A DNA stretch of 64,000 nt from Octopus sinensis (GCF_006345805.1 NC_042998.1:15624001-15688000), one strand, 5' to 3'; counted from the stretch's first letter, positions 36,251 through 50,288 are shown. Program-made: numbers and translations. Notes: generated from the sequence alone by a model not told the origin.

Positions 36251-36980
36251 ATAAATATTAGTTTACACTATATACTGTTAATTTATCATGTAACAGCTTC
36301 AAGCCAGCTTATCCGAATAGTTATAAACCTTCTGCGTTGAGCTCATCTTATTTGACGTACCTCAAGAATACATCCGGGCAATGAAAACAAATTTGGGACA
36401 CAAAGACGTAGCATTTTATTATATATATATATATATATATAATATATATATATATATATGTGCGTATGTGTGTGTTTGCGTGTACATGTGAGCGAGTGTG
36501 TGTGTGTGTGTGTGTGTTTGTATGAACAAGTTTGTGTGTATGTTCGTACGCCTGCATATGTGTGTGTAAATGAGCGGGTGTATGCATTCTCATGTATGAG
36601 ATTAATTCCGTTCGATTTTGCGTGTATATGTGGCAGCAACAAGAGAGAAGGTAATTGATTTATCGATAAGTGTGTGTGCGTAACCCACTCTCAAAAAACA
36701 TTCTGAACCTGCTTTTCTTCTAAATAGCTAATGATCTATTTTTCTATGCTTTTTATAGTTAGCAACCTATTATTAATCACAATATTTATTTTTAGCGTCA
36801 GACAAGCACTAAACACTATATATACGTATATATATATATATATATATATATACATACATATATATATATATATACAGACACACACAGACACACACACACA
36901 CACGTATATATATAGATATATACATATGTACATATATACGTATACATATGCACACAAACATATATACACATATATATGTC

Positions 36981-37018
<38 letters not shown>

Positions 37019-37479
37019 GTATATATATTATATATAGATGATAGACATAGTGTATATTTTGTGCACGATGCACCACAGACACACAAACACACAGACACAC
37101 AAACACACAGACACACAAACACACAGACACACATGCTCACACTTATAAATAAACACTATATTTAGATATTATTGTCTCCTTTATTTCTTACCTATGAAAT
37201 GAAAGATACAGGTGGACTTCAGAATTACCATGGGTTTCTTAGCCTCATTCTCAACATTTCATATTCTTGCATTTCAATATTCAGCTTACATATATGTCTA
37301 AAATATTAGGAGTTACCTGTAAAATACATGTACATATATGCACGTATTTATATAGACGCATATGTGTGTAATGGGTGGGCACGCGGTTGTGTGTATATAC
37401 ATATATATATATGTATAATTATATAAATATATATATATATATACATGTTGTATATATATATATATATATATATACATAT

Positions 37480-37572
<93 letters not shown>

Positions 37573-38316
37573 TTTGATGAATATAATAATGTCTACATAT
37601 ATATAAATTAAAATTAAGGATACAAATAATATTAGAATTTATCAGGTAGTCAGCATGTAATAACCAATTAATCTAAAATTAAATGTGTATATCAGCTTAT
37701 AAGTATATTATAAAACCATCTTAACGGCATTAAGCGAATCTTACGACAGGTCTAGCCACATGCTGAAAGAAGACGACAAATGGCGCAAAAGTACCTCAGG
37801 TATCACGACAGCACGCACTGAAAGCGGGGAAATAACCGAGAAGATTTATGAAACAAGTAAAAGAGTAAAAGAGTAAAAGAGTAAAGAGAGATCAATTGAT
37901 TTAGGAATGTCAAGGAAAACCCATTTTTCTTCATTAGCATAACACAACCATATGCATATAGTTATACACAACTCTACATACCCCAGGAACTGAATAGTTC
38001 CGCAGTGTATATACAACCTTCCAGAATTATACACAAATTAAAATTTTAAAAATCTAGTTCGTTTATCTCAATTCGGTTATCTCAATTATTATCTAGTTTG
38101 TTTATGTCATTACGAAATCAATTGCTCTATAGGTGACCTATTCATGAATCCTTTCGTTTATTTCCTCGCCTTCAGTCCTTGTTTACATGATACTTAAGGG
38201 AGTTTTGCGCCGTTTGGCATCTTCTTTTATAAATGCAGCTTGGCCTTTTGTAAGAACCTCTTTTTGCACTTAATATGTTTTTAAATACTCCCCCCTCTCT
38301 CTCTCTCTCTCTCTCC

Positions 38317-38364
<48 letters not shown>

Positions 38365-38584
38365 ATATGTAGAAATATACAAACTGGGACAAGAACGTAA
38401 AACATTTAGAAGACGATACAAAAAACACGGACGGGACATTCGAAGCCTTCAATCTTCCGTCAAGAACCGGATCATCCTCACAATTTCAGCTGATTAATCT
38501 TGAGATCGCTCCGACCCTGCCAGCCCCAAGGAAAAACTAGTCGACGAGCATCAGATTTCTTGTAAAAAGGATCGAATGTATACT

Positions 38585-39228
38585 TCTAATAATATCAGTG
38601 GCTTAGTATGCGTAAATAATAAACTCATAACATTAAAGATTATCAATAAATAATTAAGTGGTATCAGCATGTTAACTATAGCAGTCAAAATGAACAAACC
38701 ACAAATTTTCACTTAAACAAATAAGTGAAAGCCGGCAAATGAATAAAGATCCTAAAACCCCATAACAACGATGAAAAAATCTTACTTTATCTTCAGCGAG
38801 TCTTACTGATCCCAGGGTTAAAGAGAATATTCATCTCACCAATTAGATGAGTATATAAGCAAATTTTAAAAAGGTGATCGAAGTGAATAAAAATTATTTA
38901 AATGTACATGAGGATATTTTTGATAATAATTTCAGTGGCTTAATATGCGTAAAAACCGATAGCAGTAAAACATTATCAATTGCTAATTAAGAGTAAAACG
39001 AGTAGTACCGGCATGCTGAATATAGCAGTCAAAATAACCAACCCTCAAACCGCTCAAGATAAACTAAGAGTTTTACTCAAAGGTCGAAATCACGGTGATA
39101 CGGATATGCCTGGCTTTTACAGACTTCGATTATTTTCGTCATTGGTGCGGGGTTTTAGGCATTTTATTCATTTGCCCGCTTTCACCTTTGTGTATTATTG
39201 AAAATTTGCGGTTTGTTCATTTTAACTG
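38585..39228. mobile_element. Direct plus inverted rearranged repeat carrying a fossil HHR (39050-39103, +)
   Basis: 38585-38690 is similar to 38923-39035 (direct); 38688-38780 is the reverse complement of 39127-39222. Motif: CCG CTCAAGA TAAACT AA GAGT TTT ACTC AA AGGTC GAAA TCAC G GTGA TA CGG. Confidence 0.7.
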
Positions 39229-39278
<50 letters not shown>

Positions 39279-39614
39279 GCTAATATGAAAAGTGAGAATA
39301 AGTGCTCGACACTATATTCGTGGATAAATATTCTTTATTATGAGTGAAAGACGCAAGCAATTGATTCATGTGAAAAGATCTTCGCAATTGTTCGAGCGTA
39401 TCACATTGAAGTGTTGTTACTTGCTTCCATTTTGAATGACGTTTTACGGGCTTGTAAGTTTGGGGAGATTGTTCGGGATTTCAAAATAATTAGATAGATG
39501 AATGGAGTTAACTTATACGAATAAATTTACTGTTATCTGCCTTACATTAGACTTGGTCTTTTGCAAGAAATTCCGTTCACACCAGCAAAGGACATAAATG
39601 TATTTGTGTGTATG

Positions 39615-39678
<64 letters not shown>

Positions 39679-40261
39679 TATATATTTTATTTTTTATTTT
39701 TACCGTTATTGTTTTTGTATTCTTATTGGTGTCACGTATTCTGTATTTTGTTCGTGTACTTCGTTCGTTTTCCGTCCTCGTTGTTGTATACATTCGAAGC
39801 TTTCTTCCAGGGGATCTAATGCGCTTGGCTTAGATTTCCCTTGGCGGGCTGGCCATATCGGAGCAATCAGAGTCAAGATTAATCAGCCGAAATTGCTAAG
39901 ATGATCTGGTTCTTGACTGATGACTGAGGGCTTCGAATGTCCCGTCCTGTGGTTCTTGTGTCGTCTCTGTGGTGTTTCATGTTCTTGTCCATGTCTGTAA
40001 TTATTTTTACTGTTTACCTATATATATATATATTATATATTGTGTGTGTGTGTGTGTGGTGTGTGTGTATGTGTGTGTGTGTGTGTGTGTAAATATGTAA
40101 ATATAAATATAAATATAAATATAAATATATATGTGTCAATATCAACCTATAGAAAGTACTGATAAATGTGTGCATGTGTGCATATCTATATCTATCTACC
40201 TATCTATCGATGTATGTATGTATATATATATGTATATATATATATTAATATAAATATATAA

Positions 40262-40292
<31 letters not shown>

Positions 40293-42112
40293 TTTATATA
40301 CATCGATAGATAGGTAGATAGATATAGATATACACACACGCACGCACACACATACATACACACGCACACAAACTGATGCACATATATATTTATCAGTACT
40401 TTCTATAGGTTGATATTGACACACATTATTTGGGGAAATTTGTTTCCATATGCTATGCGTGAAATTCGACCCCCGGGTCATGAGTTTTCAGTCTGATTAA
40501 ATTATTTTGTATGCCAGAAAATAACAAGCATAAATACAAATTACTAATTCTTTAGCAAACTCTGTTTTATTTTACGAACATTGAAGTCAACAAGTTGATG
40601 CGTGACGTTCCTTCTCGAATGTCTAATATTTGCAAATATAATGACCTTTTGTAAATATTATTCACACCGTATACTTTGTATCTTGTTATCCGTCTACAAT
40701 ATTTCCCACATAAATATACATTAGACTAAATGTGTATGGAAAGCTTATATTTCCAGTAGAATATCATTTTGGGAGGACTATTATATTTTAGAAAATAGCG
40801 AATAAAAGTACAAATGGGGACATCATTGGTGAGGTCGTTTGTGAATATGAATGGTGTTTACGAAATGATTAGTGTTCGAGTTTTGACGACCATCATACTG
40901 GCTTCAAATTTTGGCACAAGTGCAGAAAGTTTGGGGAGGAGAGGAGGTCGATTACATCGAATCCATTGTTCAGCATGTACTTATTTTATCGGTACCTAAT
41001 GGATGAAGGGCAAAGTCGACGTACGCGAAATTTGAACTCAGAATGTAAAAACGGACGAATTTCTGCTAAGCATTTTGCCCGGTGTGCGGACTCCAGTAAC
41101 ACACTCATTTGCATACAGCCAATCAGAGCTCACCTTTACCTTCTGGTCAAGTTAACAAACACACTCTACCAAGTAAACTAAAGACGAAGAACGGTGTAGT
41201 AATTACCGATCGCCAATTTATGCCTGATTTTAGAAGGAGACAGATACTTAGATAGATTTGCGTCTACACCAATTATGGCATATTTTTGGTCCCCCTATAG
41301 TAAAGGTGTAGATGGAAAAATCTGGGTAGAAGGTGCTACGCTAGAAACCCTCTCCCCTTACTGTTTTACAATGTAAGCAACCACACAATTAAATACACAG
41401 ATGCAGCCATGTTTGCAATCAGAACAAGAACATTAGGCATGGATAGCTTATCGAAAATGGATAGTTTATCATCTCAAGATGACTATATTTTGTAGGTATA
41501 TTGCACCTCATAAAATTATTGACACTTGATAACTTATCTGTAACCGACACGAGATCATGATTGAATATGATAAAGTCTAACTATAGCCAGATATTAGAGT
41601 ACACTATATCTTATTATCTTATTATCTACATATTCACATAGACACCAATACGTGCATGTACATATATACACACATATCTATCAATCAATCTATCTATCTA
41701 TGTGTCTATATGTGTGCACTTATACAAATATATGGTTTGAAAACACACACCTGTGCCTAACGGACCCAATTAATTTTTGTCCAGTCGAAGCATTCATTCG
41801 TTCAGTCAGCAGTCAAAACTAATGTGAAAGATTGTGTTACCCTATATTTTAATGTTTGGTAAATAGTAATATCCTACTATTATTTTCGAATAAGTAAATG
41901 GAAATTACAGATATACTAATATCCTCATGTTTGTTTTGACTTAGTTGGGTAAATAATAGTTATACACCAACCAATCATCTTGCGAATAACTCGGTAAATG
42001 TGTTACCTATCGCATGTGTAATATCTTTGGAAAGGGGCAGTTTACATTTGCGTTCGTTTCATGACATTTTAAACATGAATGATATATATGTGTGTGTGTG
42101 TATATATATATA

Positions 42113-42500
42113 TATACCTCGAGAAAATACTCTACCAGATAACACTCGAGAAATTTGGAAACACCTTCTCCACCTATATCCAGAATAACTGGAAAAGATA
42201 CCTCGATGACTGTTTCATCATCTGGGATAAAAGTATAGAGAAACTTGAGGAATTTAAAATACTATTAAATGGAATAAATGATAATATACAATTCACGATG
42301 GATCATAACGAAGAAGAATTACAATTTTTAGACATCCTCATTAAGAAAACCGGCAACAAATTAGAGACAGATATCTACTCTAAACCGACAGACTCCAAAC
42401 AGTACCTACCCTTTGATTCATGCCACCCACGACACACTAGAATAAATGTCCCTTCTTGTTTAGCTAGAAGGATTTGCACCATAATATCAGACACAGATAT
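42113..42500 (+). pseudogene. Penelope-like element reverse transcriptase fragment
   Basis: WKRYLDDCFIIW..LNGINDNIQFTM..LQFLDILI..TDIYSKPTDSKQYLPFDSCHPRHTRINVPSCLARRICTII is the PLE RT catalytic and thumb region. Bounded by (TA)n upstream and a SINE array downstream. Confidence 0.88.
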
Positions 42501-42525
42501 CGTCTTGTGGGTAGTAAACAACTAG

Positions 42526-43270
42526 GTATTTCGTCTGTCGCTACGTTCTGAGTTCAAATTCAACATAGGTCAACTTTGCCTTTCATCCTTTTGAGATCGA
42601 TTAAATAAGTACGGGTTACACACTGGGGTCGATATAATCGACTTAATCCGTTTGTCTTTCCTTGTTTGACCCCGGTATGTTTAGCCCCTTGTGGGTAGTA
42701 AAGATACAGGTATTTCGCCTGCCGTTACGTTCTGAGATCAAATTACATCAATTACATCGACCCCAGTGCGTAACTGGTACTTATTTTAATCGACCCCGAA
42801 ATATAAAAGGCAAAGTCGACCTCAGCGGAATTTGAACTCAGAACGTAGCGACAGACGAAATACCTAGTTGTTTACTACCCACAAGGGGCTAAACACAGAA
42901 TCGACAAAAAAGGAGAGACAAACGGACTAAGTTGATTATATCGACCCCAGTGCGTGACTGGTACTTACTTAATCGACCCCGAAAGGATGAAAGGCAAAGT
43001 CGACCTCGGCGGAATTTGAACTAAGAACGTAGCGGCAGACGAAATACCTATTTCTTTACTACCCACAAGGGGCTAAACACAGAGAGGACAAACAAGGACA
43101 GACAAACGGATTAAGTCGATTATATCGACCCCAGTGCGTGACTTAATCGACCCCGAAAGGATGAAAGGCAAAGTCGACCTCGGCGGAATTTGAACTCAGA
43201 GCCTAGCGGCAGACGAAATACTGCTAAGCATTTCGCCCGGCGTGCTAGCGTTTCTGCCAGCTCACCGCCC
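42526..43270. mobile_element. tRNA-SINE (family D) fold-back / tandem array
   Basis: About 1.2 units on + (42526-42744), then about 3 tandem ~190 bp units on -, ending in the SINE head GGCGGTGAGCTGGCAGAAACGCTAGCACGCCGGGCG. A monomeric relative lies at 53870-54120. Confidence 0.8.
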
Positions 43271-44113
43271 TTATAACGTAACAATACTGAAAAGTAATTG
43301 ATGAGCTAATATCGGAAGCGTGCTGAAAGAATAATGAATTTTATCGATGAAATGGTTTAAACGAAATTGTCAAAAATATATACTAATACGTTTATATTCA
43401 CTTTTTCATTACTACCTCAAAGAACTGTATTAAAAAAATCGGCATTTCTTTGATCTTTAGATGTTCTTTAAGATATTAGTGCGGATTTGTTAACCAAGAA
43501 TAAGTATGTTAAACTTGAACACGAGAGTAAAGTTTGAACCTATTTGATAAACTTGAAAAGATTTTCGTCTTAAGTTTGCTTTTTGCGAAGCACACGTGTG
43601 TTAACTATGAAAATTTATCCCATCAAGAATACAACAAATATGCAATCCGGCTGAGCTCAGCATAAGACTGCAGAATGTGTGCCAAATAAGACTCGAACTA
43701 CTGTTTTGAACTTAAATAATTTTAGAACACACTGAGTTACGCACACTTATACTTATAGGGTTATTCATACGTATATATATATATACATGCATGCACACGT
43801 TTACAGGTATAAATATATGATGTATGGACGCAAATCTGTAGTTGTGTATAAAAATGATGTCAGCTAGTTGTACGTAAAGTTGGTATCAAACTGTAATTTA
43901 CTATCTGTATGCATGTATGTATGTACGATGGAGACTGATATACGTTAACTCTTCCATGCATACAAACATAAGCACATGCACCTATACCCACACAGTTTGA
44001 AAATTGTCTCTGAGTTCTATCTGTCTGTCATGTTTTCTTAGCGTTTATTTATACAGATATATGAAGGTGCCTGCCTTTCTGCTTGTGTGTGTATTTGAAA
44101 TACAGGGAGAGAT

Positions 44114-44150
<37 letters not shown>

Positions 44151-44362
44151 TAGAAAGAGACAGAGAGAGCATTTATAGCATCTATATTTAATGATATATG
44201 AGTCTTTAACTACATATTATCTATAAATTCCTACACAACGACCAACACTCATTCACAAACAGGTATATATGATTAGTATCAATGAATAAATAATTCATAC
44301 TTCTACGCGTACACACGTTTGTAATATACATCTGTAATATATATATAATATATATATATATA

Positions 44363-44410
<48 letters not shown>

Positions 44411-44428
44411 ATATATATATATATATAT

Positions 44429-44547
<119 letters not shown>

Positions 44548-44854
44548 GGCAGTATAGGTCTATCTGTGCTGCAGTGTGGTAAAGTATACGTTGATTTACC
44601 GAGATGCAATAAAGATTATATATTCCCCCGTAATCGCACGCATTCACCCAGACATACTTCAATACATATGCACTCGCATGTACGTTCGCATGTTACAGAT
44701 GACAACCCGAAGACGCACGCACACGCGTACATCGATTTCTGCGTACATGGCTATGTATGCACTCCTCTCCGTCTGTTAAACACTTTTCTTATATTTCACT
44801 AGCCATAGATGCATACTCGCACACATATACACACATATGTATGTGCATGTAAGC

Positions 44855-44885
<31 letters not shown>

Positions 44886-45058
44886 TATATGTGTGTGTGT
44901 TCGTGTATGAATATGAATTATATATATATATATATATATATATATTAATATATATATATATGTACATATATATATGTATATATACATTGTATACATATAT
45001 ATAAAAAAATATAGGCACATATACACAACATATATATGTACATATACTTACATATATG

Positions 45059-45127
<69 letters not shown>

Positions 45128-45530
45128 AAGTGTGTGTATGTGTGCATGTGTGTGTATGCGTGCAGATACATAGCATAAACAGACACATACATGTAGAGGC
45201 ACTTTCCTCAATCTAACACCTTCAAAACTTTCATTAGACATTGATTTTCTTCAACGTAGAAGTTTTGCCAAAGAAATGTCTCATATATTTACACTTTCGA
45301 CATATTATTCAGAATCATATGACTCAATGAAGCAAATTATTCGGCGCCAAACGATTGGCTACACCTGTGAGAAATCTTTGAAGCTAAATAGCAAGGGCTG
45401 CTTTCTCATTATTCACATTAAGAACTCTTTACACTTCCTATAACTATTAATTTTATTTGTCCCTAGATGAGGCGTTGACCTGTTCAGTGAAAGCTGCTAA
45501 CGATGATGATGCTGATGCTGATGTTGTTAC

Positions 45531-45605
<75 letters not shown>

Positions 45606-45793
45606 AACAACAACAACAACAACAACTATGGGCACCAGTGCTTATTCGAATCGTCTATCTATCTATCTATATGTATATATATGGATATATATATTCATCT
45701 ATCCATCTATGTATATCTCTACCTATTCATTCATCCATCTATTTATCCTTCTCTCTCCCTATGTATGTATGTATGCATCTATCTCTCTCTCTT

Positions 45794-45847
<54 letters not shown>

Positions 45848-46464
45848 TATATTCATCTATCCATGTATGTATATCTCTATGTATTCATCCATCCATCTAT
45901 TTATCTTTCTCTCTCCCTATGATGTATGTATGTATGTATGTATATGTGTATGTATGCATGTATGTATATATCTATCTATCTTTATATTTATTTACTTGTT
46001 TATACGTATTTATCTTGGTGTGTCATTTTATGTAGGAGTCTGTCTAAAATCTAGTAACTTTGTGTTTCTTTTACAATTGATTCTTCTTACTTTATTTTGA
46101 ATTTCACCACTTACAGGAAACATCTTTAATGGATAGGCTAGAAATAGACACCAAGATATCCTCACCATCTCAAGCATTGGAGAAGGATGCGTCTAGATCA
46201 TATATATGTGGCTAATCAACATTGGACTGATCATAGTTTAATCAACGCGAATAAATGCAACCTTCCAAGAAAGATCTTTAAGGAAGATAAAAAAAGAAAA
46301 AACATGCGGTATGCCTTGAATCTCCATCCTCAAAATTCGAAATATCAATTGAAGATTTTGATATTCCTTTATAACGTTATGAAAGATACAAGTGCTATTT
46401 TTCACATCCCGCCACTTTTCTCGACAACATTATTGAATAGTACTTATGTTTTAAGAAACATAAA

Positions 46465-47318
46465 ATCGTCTACCTGAAACATTGCTACGGGGCCGACCTG
46501 CCCGAGATGCGGGCAGAGCGACGAAACCGCTCTGCACGCAATCGTGCAGTGTCCAGCAATTTCCCACCTGTGGGCTTATGTCGAACGACTGCTGTCACGT
46601 GTGGGACGTGTCGGTTTATCAGCCGAGTCTATCGTTAATATCGTCACGCCTCCTTCCTTCAAACGGGAAGGAAGAGCTATTTTTATCATACTTGTGGCTA
46701 TGGCGAAAGAATGTATCTGGTGGACGCGTCTGAAAGGATTGGAGACAAACACTTTCCTCTCTGGTCAATCTCTCATCAACTTCTTCAAGTATCACTTGAA
46801 GAAAAAAGTGAGAGTAGAGAGGCAAGTTTTGTCTAGTGAATGTTTTAAAAAAAGATGGGTGAATGTAGCAAGGATGGCACGTATGAATGACGAAGCCACC
46901 TTGACTATAATTCTATGAACCGTAAAAATTAATACAGAGAGTTGCTTATTTGCAAAAAAAAAAAAGAAATATAACATGTGACTTCATTGACCGAGGTTAC
47001 CGTGGTCTTTTCCGTAGGCTTTTCTTTCCACGGGTAAACCTCACCTGTCCTCCCCTTTACACTTCATATTGACATTTCTGTGATAACGATCCCTATTGAT
47101 CAATTTTTTTCCTCTCCCCCTTTTTTTTAACCCCCCTTTTTTTGTCCTCTTTCTCTCCTTTTACGATCCCTTTTGATCGACCCACCCTTTTTTATTTTAT
47201 TTTATTTTTTATTTTATTATTATTATTATTTTTTTTTTTTTTTTTTACCTTCAAAAGAAAAGCTCTACCTTGTAATTTGTTCTATCTGTGTGCAGCCCTG
47301 TGTGGCTAATAAAGAAAC
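46465..47318 (+). mobile_element. Tx1/L1-like LINE 3' fragment (CCHC knuckle, ORF2 end, 3' UTR)
   Basis: GPTCPRCGQSDETALHAIVQCP..LWAYVE..AKECIWWTR..KKRW; the pyrimidine-rich 3' UTR ends AATAAAGAAAC, followed by (TATC)n. Confidence 0.75.
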
Positions 47319-47319
47319 A

Positions 47320-47378
<59 letters not shown>

Positions 47379-47565
47379 TTATCTATATATATATATATGT
47401 ATATATATCTGTGTGTCTACTTACACACTATGGAAGTTTATATATTATTTGTAGGTGAACATGGCTACCATAGGTTACATGTGGAGACAAAACTCGCAAC
47501 AATTATCAAGCCTTCTCCATGAAAGTGAAATCGTAGTACTTAAATCTAATGGGGGGGGGATTGAG

Positions 47566-48421
47566 CCGGTAGGTTGGTGTCGTAGCCGGGAAGCTTGCCG
47601 CAAACATTTTTGCCGCAGGAAAATTCGTCTCAAGGTTTTGGGCCTTAGGAAAGTTCGTCGCATAGGAAATTCTGCCGTAAGAAAATTCTCTGCATAGGAA
47701 ATTTTGCCGCAAGACAGTTTCATCGAAAACAAGATGAATTACTCCCTTGGTAAATAAATTCTTCAACCAGCCTATTTATTATATTATTATAGCAAATCTA
47801 TAGGGGGTGTCAAAATAAAGCAATGTAACAGATGATAATGTTTTCAAAAAATAAAATAAAATAAAATTCTGCTTCAATAAAAAGTAATACGATATAAATA
47901 TAATAACCTTTACAAAGAACAAAAAGAAACCAAAAATCAGTTAAATCTAAAACAGAATTATATATAAATAAAAAAAACATATACAGTAATCACTCGACTA
48001 TCGTAGGTGTTAAGTTCGAAAAACCCCCGCGATAAGTAAAAATCTGTGAATTAGAATCAGTACTGTTTATTTCTTTTCATTATTTTTGTCATTTGTATAC
48101 ATTAATTTTATAATAAATGCTAAACAACACAACGCAGGAATCGACGTAACCTTAAATATTAAGCCGCGATACTTGAACCGCTATATCGTAAAAGATTACT
48201 GTATATATAAAAAGCAATCTTTTTTCAGGGCTGTAATTTCTCTAAATCAGGTTGACTGCGATATATTCTAAATTATGTTTACGATGAATTTATCCTACGG
48301 CAAAATTTCAGGTACGGCAAAGTTTTCTAAGGCGAGTTTCCTACGGCGAGTTTCCTATGGCGAGTATCCTACGGCGAGTTTCTTGCGACAAAATGTTTAT
48401 GGCGAATGTTCCTTGAACCGG
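47566..48421. mobile_element. Non-autonomous DNA element with inverted termini built from 14-17 bp tandem units
   Basis: Left units TTTTGCCGCAGGAAA / TTCTGCCGTAAGAAA; right units CCTACGGCGAGTTT (x4) and CCTACGGCAAAATTT in inverted orientation; both ends begin CCGGT. Confidence 0.6.
47984..48201. mobile_element. Tc1/mariner/pogo-type MITE nested in the previous element
   Basis: TA|CAGTAATCACTCGACTATCG ... CGCTATATCGTAAAAGATTACTG|TA, with TA flanks. Confidence 0.65.
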
Positions 48422-49010
48422 TCAGTGCACTTGGTTTTCACAGTGACTGCAAATATATGAGGTGTGGGTTTGATTCTTATTGTTTTTTTTCTTTATTTTT
48501 GTGATAAAGGGCTTATATACAGCAATATAACACGGTGAACACTTATAACCTTCAAAGAATCGTATTAAGTATATAAATGTAGCATCCCACTATCCACCCT
48601 TCATAATAGAGGGATTAGTTAGGAATATTTTTACGAGGATTTCTTGATTATCTGCTAATATTAAAATGTTCGAATCTCATGATTATTATTATAATACTGC
48701 TCTAGCTAGGGCTGTGTACCGGGAAAAATTCAGTATATAAAAGAAGCAGGCATGCATGACACTGGTAATACCGATTAACCAGTTATTTAAGAAGACTGAC
48801 CATTGTGGCTCCAAAGTTAGAGATAGTATTCATCGTATTTTCGATAAATAGTCTCCCACGCCAAAATTGTGACATGCCGCTTCGAGTTATGTGTGTTTGC
48901 ATATGTATGTGTGTATGTATGTATGTATGTATGTATGTATTAATGTATGTATGTATTTTATCTAATTTCAGCTCACGAGCTGTGGCCATGCTGGGGCACC
49001 GCCATTGGAA

Positions 49011-49128
49011 TGCTCACAGCACCTAGGTTTCCCAAGTGGTCACCCATTTAAGTACTAACTAGGCTCGATGTTGCTTAACTTCGGTGATCGGACGAGAACC
49101 AGTGCTTTCAACGTGATACGGCCTAAGC
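49011..49128 (-). pseudogene. Full-length diverged 5S rRNA copy
   Basis: Minus: GCTTAGGCCGTATCACGTTGAAAGCACTGGTTCTCGTCCGATCACCGAAGTTAAGCAACATCGAGCCTAGTTAGTACTTAAATGGGTGACCACTTGGGAAACCTAGGTGCTGTGAGCA (118 nt). Box C region has GG>AA (GTACTTAAATGGG vs GTACTTGGATGGG); no array. Confidence 0.9.
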
Positions 49129-49950
49129 ATATGTATGTATGTACCTGTTTATGTTTGTATGTATGTATGTATATATATATATGTATGTATGTATGTATGT
49201 ATGAAGGCATCAATATGTCTCTGGATATGTAATGTTACTTCAAATCGACCTGAATCAAAGAGAGATGTGATAAGTTACTTTACAGCGGGCATGCAGCCAT
49301 TTTTGAGGGTTAGTGTAGTCCAGACAAATGTATTTAATGTGTTCGTATTTTATAATGGTAGGGTCAATTTTGAGGAAGGTTTGTCAAAAGTTTCGAACAA
49401 GTGAAATAGCAAATTGTAACCTTACGTCAATGGGTTTGTAATAGTTTCTCAACCTTTTGTAGCCCGTGTTGTTTTATTGTGGCTATATGTCTTCAGTACA
49501 ACCCATACACCTGAAATGCATATGATAGATAACATTCCAGTGATAATACTCCATTATTTATCTGGATCTATAAGTGTATTATCCAAACGTTCACATCTTT
49601 GCGATAGTGACATCAATATTATCAGCGACTCACATGATGTATTTTAAGAAGTCAAACAACAATGTCAATAATACCTTTGTGAATAGTACTTAATTCAAAA
49701 ACTTACCGGCTGCCCTTATTTCAGAAAATAAATTGTAAACATATCTTGAAGGAAACAAATATTTGTAAAGAATAATTTAATTTACTGTATCGGCTTGATT
49801 TCAGTACGTTTCGCACATATAAACATTTCAAGACTGATGCACTTATGGGGCTGAGGGGTCCGTCCTATGATCTAAAGTTTCAGCGAATGACAAGTAGAGT
49901 AATAAATGAGATATATAACGGAAATATAGAAAGCAATATATATATATATA

Positions 49951-50254
49951 TACAAATAAATGAAAGAATGGAGTTGAACGACGACTTAACAAACTTCCTT
50001 TATTTTCGACATATGTTTCGAAGGCTGCATATTCCTAATTTCGAAGGAATAAGGGGTGCATTATGCCGCTTTCTCATCAGGAAAAACAAGGAACTTATGT
50101 CAGCATCAAGATGCACAAAATCTTTTAGATGACTGCCAAGACGGAGCCCATAGCCCTAGGCATGTAGCTTCAACCGTGTTTTTCTGACGTGAATTTGCTA
50201 CCCAGGTATCGGTTAAACGAATTATCCATAATAAGATAATTCATTCAACTACTC

Positions 50255-50256
<2 letters not shown>
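49951..50256 (-). mobile_element. Collinear copy of HHR element family H1
   Basis: Contains in one run the segments that are rearranged at 17471-17992; flanked by (TA)n on both sides. Confidence 0.88.
49995..50093 (-). ncRNA. Type I hammerhead ribozyme, best-preserved H1 copy
   Basis: Minus: TTCCTTGTTTTTC CTGATGA GAAAGC GGCATAATGCACCCCT TATTCCT TCGAAATT AGGAATA TGCA GCCTTC GAAA CATATG TC GAAAATAAAGGAA. All core nucleotides are consensus; GUC triplet (predicted cut between 50008 and 50007). Confidence 0.8.

Positions 50257-50288
<32 letters not shown>

Noticed and set aside
42750-43210. CRISPR-like array
   Set aside because: The units are ~190 bp SINE segments with no unique spacers, in a eukaryotic context.
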